64,000 nucleotides of DNA. Source: a virus (taxonomy: Duplodnaviria > Heunggongvirae > Uroviricota > Caudoviricetes). A model generated the notes under the pieces. It saw nothing but the letters and a program-made list of their open reading frames with translations. It had not been told where the DNA came from and searched no databases. Made by a program: the position numbers and the translations under genes. Within the stretch, counting starts at the first letter, position 1. The number at the start of each line of letters is the position of its first letter. The DNA is taken from IMG/VR virus record IMGVR_UViG_3300044878_000136, positions 61,232-125,231 of that record; one strand, given 5' to 3'. Of the stretch, positions 57,945-64,000 are shown piece by piece.

Positions 57945-58859
57945 TTGGAACTCATTCACGCTTATTCGCTAGAACGCATCGCGCAGATGTCGGAAGCTAA
58001 AGTAGCACCGGCCTCTCGCGTGATCAAGGGTACTGCGCTCCGTTGCGATGCCCTCACCCTGTTGGCCCTCAGTTGCGACGCCGGTGGCATGCACTGCTCG
58101 GCTAACGCCAACACCGTGTACGTGGACTTCAGCAACGCGGTGGACGCTAGTCGTGTCGATCCGTACTGGATCACAGTGGGTTGGCTCATCGTACCGGATA
58201 CCGTAGCTTCAGGTACATGGACCTCCGGCATCTTCGGTATGGGCTCTGTGGGCGTCGTCGCTCCGTCGAGTGTCTTCCCCGTCACCAACGGACAGCAAGC
58301 TTATCTCGAGTTTGCCCTGAATCCGATCACAGGTGTGTTGAAGGTTTACGTTAACGGTACCGTCATCTTCACCACGACCTACAACACGGCTGAGCGGTTG
58401 GTTCGCATCATGTACGGTCCTGGGTTTGGCTACCTCTACACCATCAAGGACATCTACGTGGCCCGCTTCGAGAATACCGAAGAACCACGTCTACGTCGTT
58501 GGAAGTCGGTCACCCTGCCAGCCGTCACCAACAACATCGGTTCTAACGCGGCCTTGCAGACGGTGGACGGTACACAGGTGTCGATCGGCGCGTCCGAGGT
58601 TCAGGCCACGTTCACCATCCCTCCCAAAACGCTTGGTATCTGCGCACAGTCGAGCATGCTGGCACCAGATAACGCCAGTGACCTAGTTACCACGTTGACG
58701 GATGGCACGATCAACAAGTCGCTGCGCACCTCCGACATGAACAACCAGTTGGTCGTAGACCTGCCGCGGAAAGGCCATTCGGTCCACGCCGGTAACATCA
58801 TCCCAGCTGCCAACGCCACGACCCTGACCCTAGGTGTCAAAGCGGTTACTCGTTCATAA
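57945..58859 (+). CDS. ConA/LamG-like putative lectin virion protein (TTG start)
   Basis: LEFALNPITGVLKVYVNG...IKDIYVA...RLRRW; SD gaggtg. Confidence 0.55.
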   Translation: MELIHAYSLERIAQMSEAKVAPASRVIKGTALRCDALTLLALSCDAGGMHCSANANTVYVDFSNAVDASRVDPYWITVGWLIVPDTVASGTWTSGIFGMGSVGVVAPSSVFPVTNGQQAYLEFALNPITGVLKVYVNGTVIFTTTYNTAERLVRIMYGPGFGYLYTIKDIYVARFENTEEPRLRRWKSVTLPAVTNNIGSNAALQTVDGTQVSIGASEVQATFTIPPKTLGICAQSSMLAPDNASDLVTTLTDGTINKSLRTSDMNNQLVVDLPRKGHSVHAGNIIPAANATTLTLGVKAVTRS

Positions 58860-58869
58860 GGAGTGACCG

Positions 58870-59367
58870 ATGTCTAAGCAGAACTTTTTCACCGATGGTA
58901 CCCTCATCGATAAGTTGGGTGTGCTCCTCGAACGGACGCTGGTACAGACCGACTGCGTAGTAGCGGCAACCACTACGTCCAACGTTGGCACGGCGTCTAA
59001 CCGCGATGTGGCGTTGAACATCACCATCCCTAAGGTGGGTGGTGGTACTGAGGTCAAGGCGGCTCGCTACTACCAATTGGATCTGGCGGGGATTGCTAAC
59101 CTCCAGTTGCCCAAGCGATTGTGTAATGAAGACACGACCATTTACGACCTCCTTCCGACCATCAAGCGCATCACCGGCATTCCGTTCACCACGGATGACT
59201 TGGTAGATGCTCCAGTGGTCGTCACAGGCGCCGTGACGGAGTTTACGCTGCCGTTGGTAGCCAAGGTAGGGTCTAAGTGGTTCAAGGGCCGCTACGACCT
59301 CCCAGTGCTGCGTAAGCCGTTGTTGTCCACGGCGACACCGTACGGTCTGCACATGGGTCCTATCTAA
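58870..59367 (+). CDS. Stalk-family single-domain protein
   Basis: RYYQLDL; AKVGSKWFKG. Confidence 0.7.
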   Translation: MSKQNFFTDGTLIDKLGVLLERTLVQTDCVVAATTTSNVGTASNRDVALNITIPKVGGGTEVKAARYYQLDLAGIANLQLPKRLCNEDTTIYDLLPTIKRITGIPFTTDDLVDAPVVVTGAVTEFTLPLVAKVGSKWFKGRYDLPVLRKPLLSTATPYGLHMGPI

Positions 59368-59375
59368 CCAACGAG

Positions 59376-59405
59376 TATACTGGGGGACTGAGTCCCCCAC
59401 GTATT
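59376..59405 (+). terminator. Hairpin terminator
   Basis: tgggggac-tga-gtccccca followed by cgtattta. Confidence 0.55.
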
Positions 59406-59456
59406 TACGTATAAGGTGGGAGATCTTATGACGACTACAAACCTAGAGATTCTTTT

Positions 59457-60071
59457 ATGGCAGATCCAAGCACCAATCCATCTGCATCACTAAGTTCTGT
59501 TCGGGTCCAGGTGATCCAACAACTTGCTGGCGATGTCAACATCGTCAAGAACAAAACGGGTAAACAGCTGTTCGATACGCTGCGGGCGGTCTATCTCCCG
59601 ATCAGTACTCTTGAGTTGTCGCGTGCGACGGTATCTGGTCCAATCCAGGTGACGGGCAACTTGACGAAGGTCACGGTTACGCCGGGTCAACACAGTTCCT
59701 ACCGCCTGCCGATCGATCTGACCTACGTGCGGTACTCCATCAACGAACTGGACAACATGACAGTTCCTGGTGGTGGGTTCGCGTCGGTAGCAGCGTTCCT
59801 GACCTACGTGCGTGGGTTGAGCCTCCAGATCCTCGACGAGGACATCGACCTCGTTAAGAGCGTCCGTCGCAGTGATGGTACTGTCAGTATCTATCCATCG
59901 AAGGTCAGTTGGTTGTTCTCGCCAGATGGATCGTACGACAGCTCGACTGTGCCACGAATCGAGACCGTTCTTCCTAACCTGGTTACTACTGACTTTGACC
60001 ATACGCCACAGCTCCACTTGGCGCTGGTTAACGGTAACCTGACTGGCTTCGATCCTGAAGGAGGTAGCTGA
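59457..60071 (+). CDS. Stalk-family protein ending in two LxGF-like repeats
   Basis: LTYVRYSI; ...LVTTDFD...NLTGFDPEG. Confidence 0.7.
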   Translation: MADPSTNPSASLSSVRVQVIQQLAGDVNIVKNKTGKQLFDTLRAVYLPISTLELSRATVSGPIQVTGNLTKVTVTPGQHSSYRLPIDLTYVRYSINELDNMTVPGGGFASVAAFLTYVRGLSLQILDEDIDLVKSVRRSDGTVSIYPSKVSWLFSPDGSYDSSTVPRIETVLPNLVTTDFDHTPQLHLALVNGNLTGFDPEGGS

Positions 60072-61123
60072 TGTCGATCGTATTCGCTGAAGGTCTTGAC
60101 CGTCAGGCAGACGGTAGGACGATCTCCAACAACGCAGGACTGACGGGTAAGGCCGTAGACATCGTCTGCGTTAACCTCAGTAACCAGCCGCCGGTGAAGG
60201 TTGTGGCGTTCAACAACCGTAATTGGCTGACGGGGATTTCAACCACCGCCAGTAACCAAGTTTCCAGTGTCTCCAACAGCTACTTAGATCTAAAGCGCTT
60301 GATCACGGCGATCGACGATACACGGCGATCAGCACCCGGCCTGCCAGAATCTCCACTCGCTAAGATCAGCGTGTCGTGGAAACTCGGGTGGGCATCGCAG
60401 AACATCGACTCCACCAACGGTCAGTACCCGGCCTCCATCGGTACGGTCAACATGACGTGGGTGGCTCCGGCCAGCGGTCCGGTAAGGACACGAGGTTACG
60501 TCAATTGCATGATGGTGTATGATCGTGCCACTGGGGGTACCGAGTTCTTTGTTGACGGCGTATTGACCAACAGCCAATACACCGGCCGATTTGAGTCCAT
60601 GCGGATCAACCTACTCGGGATGCGGTTGACAGGACTCACCGCGGCGACCAGCTACGTTACCGATATCGTGGTGGTCTATGACGATGGCATCCATCCAGCC
60701 AAGGTTCCGATTGAAGTAGTGGTGCGGGATTTAGCACTGGACAAGGTAACGCCAGCTCATCCTGATGCGGTTATCGTCGGCGGTATTGACGTCACCACAG
60801 CTGAGGTATTGTCTGGTGTGGTTGGGACTACCTTGGTCGGTGATGGCTGCAACGAAGCGTACAAGCCGAAGGCTGCTCAAGCAAAACTAGGTACTGGTGT
60901 CATCATCGGTGTAGCGGTTGATGGGCGACGCAATCCTGGGACTCCAATCCCAGCTGACGTCGAAACCAAGATCACCACACCAGGCGGCGCTACTACCTTG
61001 CTGGAGCGTCCGACGACGAACGCCATCTCACTACAACAGACTATCCGCAGTCTACCCAAGCCGGCTACGGTGAAGGTGATTACTGATGGTGCCGTTGTAA
61101 AGCTCACGGCAAAATCACGTTAA
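60071..61123 (+). CDS. ConA/LamG-like putative lectin virion protein
   Basis: MMVYDRATGGTEFFVDG...VTDIVVVYDDG; TGATG overlap. Confidence 0.55.
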   Translation: MSIVFAEGLDRQADGRTISNNAGLTGKAVDIVCVNLSNQPPVKVVAFNNRNWLTGISTTASNQVSSVSNSYLDLKRLITAIDDTRRSAPGLPESPLAKISVSWKLGWASQNIDSTNGQYPASIGTVNMTWVAPASGPVRTRGYVNCMMVYDRATGGTEFFVDGVLTNSQYTGRFESMRINLLGMRLTGLTAATSYVTDIVVVYDDGIHPAKVPIEVVVRDLALDKVTPAHPDAVIVGGIDVTTAEVLSGVVGTTLVGDGCNEAYKPKAAQAKLGTGVIIGVAVDGRRNPGTPIPADVETKITTPGGATTLLERPTTNAISLQQTIRSLPKPATVKVITDGAVVKLTAKSR

Positions 61124-61124
61124 C

Positions 61125-61171
61125 GGCATAAATGACACTGCGGGTTTCCCCGCAGTGTCATCGCTTATGCC
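61125..61171. terminator. Bidirectional terminator with TATGC on both strands
   Basis: 13-bp stem atgacactgcggg/cccgcagtgtcat flanked by ggcataa...ttatgcc. Confidence 0.8.
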
Positions 61172-61608
61172 ACAGTGATGGTGATAAAGACACCACCGCC
61201 CTGGTACAGCATGCTGGTGGGTTTTGGTGACACACCGATACTGCCTGGGGTACCCGCATCAATAGGTGGAGTCCATTCACTGAACACCAACTGATCGAGT
61301 CGAAGACCCATAGCAGCAGCGACTTTGACCTCAACAGCAGCCTGGTCATCGGTAACGAGTACTTCCACACTGGTCACGTCCGGTCCAACGCCGTCGTTGA
61401 TCCCCATGCGGTCGTAAAAGATCACATCGTCACCGCTAAAGCCATGACCTTCAATAGCCGTCAAGGTTATCTGGGTGTTCCTTACACCGCCGGATACAGC
61501 CAAACCGCTGGCAGTAACTTGGTCAGCGCTCAGAGTGAGCCCAGGGTTGTCCTCAATAACCTGGAGAACGATATTCTCCAGGGGCGTTTTGGTGATGTCG
61601 ATATGCAT
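61165..61608 (-). CDS. Stalk-family single-domain protein (paralogue of 61653)
   Basis: MHIDITKTPLENIVLQVIEDN; IFYDRMGI. Confidence 0.7.
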   Translation of the reverse strand: MHIDITKTPLENIVLQVIEDNPGLTLSADQVTASGLAVSGGVRNTQITLTAIEGHGFSGDDVIFYDRMGINDGVGPDVTSVEVLVTDDQAAVEVKVAAAMGLRLDQLVFSEWTPPIDAGTPGSIGVSPKPTSMLYQGGGVFITITVA

Positions 61609-61652
61609 ACCACTTACCCTTAGGGAAGCCGCCATCCTTGGCAGCCTAGCGG

Positions 61653-62159
61653 TTAAGCTTCAGGATCGAAGCCGCTCAGCTCGTCGATCACGATTTCGTC
61701 ACCGAGATCAGGAGCAACTGGCAGGGTCAGTTCCAGCACTTTGGCTGCGCCGACGTACAGCAGGCTACCAGCCACCGGAGTGATGGTGATGGTACCTGGA
61801 ACGCCTGCGGCAGCGGCAGTGTAAGCCGAGAAGGTCAGTTCGGAAGTAACCAGACCCAGGGCGGTAACGACCTTGGCCTGAACGGCAGCTTGGTTGTCAG
61901 CTTCCAGAACTTCCAGAGTGGTAACTGGAGTGACTTTGCCACTGTCCAGGCCCAGACGGACGTACTTGACCAGCTTGGAACCGGTGAAGCCCTGACCTTC
62001 AACGGCGGTCAGGGTCACTTGGGTGTTCTGAGGGCTGCCGCCGTATACGGACGGTGCACCAGCAGTAACCTGGGAAGCGGTCAGAGCCAGACCGCTGTTG
62101 TCTTCGATGATCTGGAGAACCAAGTTCTCCAGAGGCGTTTTTGCTACGTTAATCTTCAT
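61653..62159 (-). CDS. Stalk-family protein + LSGFDPEA tail
   Basis: MKINVAKTPLENLVLQIIEDN; VKYVRLGL. Confidence 0.75.
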   Translation of the reverse strand: MKINVAKTPLENLVLQIIEDNSGLALTASQVTAGAPSVYGGSPQNTQVTLTAVEGQGFTGSKLVKYVRLGLDSGKVTPVTTLEVLEADNQAAVQAKVVTALGLVTSELTFSAYTAAAAGVPGTITITPVAGSLLYVGAAKVLELTLPVAPDLGDEIVIDELSGFDPEA

Positions 62160-62223
62160 GGCGCATCTCCAGGATGTAATACAGAGTTTGGACCAAACTC
62201 CATACTATCATTCCAGACGATGA

Positions 62224-62664
62224 TTAGAACACCAGCTTGAAGCTGTAGTCGCCATGGTAGATCAACGAATCAGGTTTGGCAGACACAATCAACAGGCCGG
62301 GACGAACACCGACTACCGGCATCTGTGCGGCCACGAAACGCCATTCAGCAGCTTGTAGCGGGAACACAGCCATCGCAGCGTCGAAGATCTGTTGGTCAGT
62401 CATGCCTGCGGTGACAGTGACTTGGATAGACTCGCTACTACCCAACTGGTTCACTGCGGAGCTGCGGTTGTAGTACAGGTAGTCAGAGCCACTGAATACC
62501 GGAGTCGCACCTGGGGTGAGTTGTACGCGGGCATTGGTCGGTTGTTCGATCAACTCTTCCACCGTGCCGAAGGTCACGTTAACCGCTGTCAGGTTAGTCC
62601 CGTTCAGGGAGTTCAGCAGGTCGAGGATGTTCTGTTGAGCGGTCTTTGCGTTATTAAGATTCAT
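62224..62664 (-). CDS. Stalk-family single-domain protein
   Basis: DLLNSLNG, LYYNRSS, AKPDSLIYHG; SD aggaga. Confidence 0.7.
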   Translation of the reverse strand: MNLNNAKTAQQNILDLLNSLNGTNLTAVNVTFGTVEELIEQPTNARVQLTPGATPVFSGSDYLYYNRSSAVNQLGSSESIQVTVTAGMTDQQIFDAAMAVFPLQAAEWRFVAAQMPVVGVRPGLLIVSAKPDSLIYHGDYSFKLVF

Positions 62665-62704
62665 AGTTCTCTCCTAAATGGAATCATACTATTTAAACGG
62701 TTGC

Positions 62705-62852
62705 AGCATAAAGAAGAGAAAAATGATCACCAACGGCGGGAGTGGGGATGGGCGCCGTTGGTGATCGAGTGCAGTGCTAAGAGGCGATCAGGACCTTGAA
62801 GGGGAGGAGTCCTGACCGCCAATGAGCCAAGGTTGATGGGAGACCTTGATTC
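62705..62852 (-). ncRNA. Candidate ~145-nt three-hairpin sRNA with C-rich loops
   Basis: Stems 62827-49, 62783-820 and 62725-66; promoter-like motif about 24 nt upstream; U-tract plus TATGC end. Confidence 0.6.
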
Positions 62853-62863
62853 AAATGATAGCG

Positions 62864-62893
62864 GCGTTCTGTAAAATTTTACGCTAACAGAAA
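62864..62893 (-). promoter_or_regulatory. Putative middle-type promoter (AAATTTTAC, palindromic core)
   Basis: gcgttctgtaaaattttacgctaacagaaa vs gcgttgtaatattttacgttaacaaaa at 13754. Confidence 0.5.
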
Positions 62894-62898
62894 AGTTG

Positions 62899-63343
62899 CA
62901 GCATAAACACGCCGAGTTTGACCAACCCGTTTACCAGGCCAGTCAGTGACTCGACGTGTCTAATGATCCAAGGCCTACTCAGAAGTCATTGAATGCCTCG
63001 CCGGAGTACCGGGTCTGGGTCGCTGAAGTCAAAAGTATTTATGGCAGAGGATTAATCGCGTAACCCGCCGGTGCCAACTATAACGGTGCCTGGCAAGAGG
63101 CCCACAGGGAGTCGGAGTTCAAGTTGTGTGGACGCGTACGTCCTGATTGTACATATAATGTCAATCCCCAGAAGCTATCCGTGTCCTCACGCTAGATAGG
63201 TTCTGAGGCTTAGCACTATTGGCTACAGCTACACCAGCCACCCGCATGGGCTGATGTCAGTGCTAGGGAGGACATCCCAGCGTTGGTACCCCGGTCGACG
63301 GAGCGAGTGCCGACCATTGGGGTAGAAACTGCACTGTTGTTAC
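62899..63343 (-). ncRNA. Candidate ~445-nt structured non-coding RNA
   Basis: No ORF of 60 aa or more; at least 7 hairpins; G-U wobbles favour the minus strand; TATG at 63346-43; terminal hairpin + TATGC. Confidence 0.55.
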
Positions 63344-63400
63344 ATACTATACTACCAGCTGCAAACGATATGAATGAAGTACCTTATTTGGGAGGTCTTA

Positions 63401-64000
63401 ATGGCCAATATCGACATCCGGCTTTTACAGCTTATTAACAAGAAGGCGTTGAATCGTATCGATGAACAATACATCGAAATCTCTCCGCCGGAAGATATCC
63501 CGCCACGTACCGAAGTGAATGGACTGGTATCCAATACTCGGGTCACCATCACTGCACGACCTGAGGGGAAGTACAAGAACTCCAAGACGGTACGGTATCG
63601 TCGTAACAGCATCCAGGATGAGTTCGATGGTTACGACATCGAGTCTCCTGCGGCATCCAGACCAGTGTGGAATCACATCATCTTCAGTGAGATGATTGGG
63701 TTGGTGACTGATGTACTGCAACTGTTCTGCATCGATCCAAACGATGTCGACATGGAATCATTTGGCCACATGTTCCCGGCGGACAGTCGGGGTAGACGTG
63801 AACTGAATCCTTCCTACTTGGTTGATGGTTCACTCACCGTTACATTGCGACCTACTCAAAACAACTACTATTACAACGGTCCAGCGACTCTCACGTTCGG
63901 CGCTCACACAACTGTCGATCGTAGGCTACGACTGGAAGAAGACTTGGCTGTGCGTTATGAAGAAGATGGGGGCACACGTCTCCAAGATGGAGTGTTCAAG
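63401..64000 (+). CDS. Stalk-family virion protein, 3'-partial (not in ORF track)
   Basis: SD GGAGGT; MANIDIRLLQLINKK...NTRVTITARPEGKYKNSKTVRYRR; open to the window end. Confidence 0.7.
   Translation, partial: MANIDIRLLQLINKKALNRIDEQYIEISPPEDIPPRTEVNGLVSNTRVTITARPEGKYKNSKTVRYRRNSIQDEFDGYDIESPAASRPVWNHIIFSEMIGLVTDVLQLFCIDPNDVDMESFGHMFPADSRGRRELNPSYLVDGSLTVTLRPTQNNYYYNGPATLTFGAHTTVDRRLRLEEDLAVRYEEDGGTRLQDGVFK

Noticed and set aside
39808-62664. Diversity-generating retroelement or shufflon acting on the array
   Set aside because: No reverse transcriptase, recombinase, near-identical TR/VR pair or inversion repeats seen in the window.
62725-62849. RsmA/CsrA sponge reading (GGA in plus-strand loops)
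   Set aside because: Loops do not fit CANGGAYG; wobble pairs, promoter and terminator all point to minus. Kept only as an alternative.
62739-62873. Tiny plus-strand ORFs after GGAG elements (10, 4 and 12 codons)
   Set aside because: Very short, embedded in stable stems, and opposite the better-supported transcript.
63076-63087. aactataacggt, a 12-nt match to the 23S rRNA helix 69 loop region
   Set aside because: It lacks the G-U preceding the loop, lies on the strand disfavoured by the wobble analysis, and a 12-mer match to some part of rRNA is expected by chance.

Overview
This 64-kb window is from a phiKZ-like (Chimalliviridae-type) jumbo phage. Orthology calls rest on recalled motifs and synteny, not on database searches. 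Layout: (1) 1-7.6 kb: tail/fibre genes and a modular endolysin. (2) 7.7-13.6 kb: minus-strand cluster of small early-type genes. (3) 13.8-35.2 kb: conserved core with portal, baseplate-type proteins, RuvC, a CYTH protein, a non-virion RNAP beta subunit, major capsid protein and a DnaB-like helicase. (4) 35.3-39.7 kb: an internal head protein and more small minus-strand genes, including tiny membrane peptides missed by the ORF track. (5) 39.8-64 kb: an array of about 30 paralogous virion-type genes, made of Y-x-R-x-D-L 'stalk' proteins and ConA/LamG-like putative lectins. The most striking unexplained features are: two adjacent, highly structured minus-strand non-coding RNA candidates at 62.7-63.35 kb whose loops display anti-Shine-Dalgarno/anti-AUG sequence; a 692-aa protein carrying 18 tandem copies of the 'LDGF' peptide that ends many array members (candidate fibre hub); and a recurrent hairpin+TATGC terminator signature. 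No tRNA, rRNA, CRISPR array, integrase or reverse transcriptase was seen.
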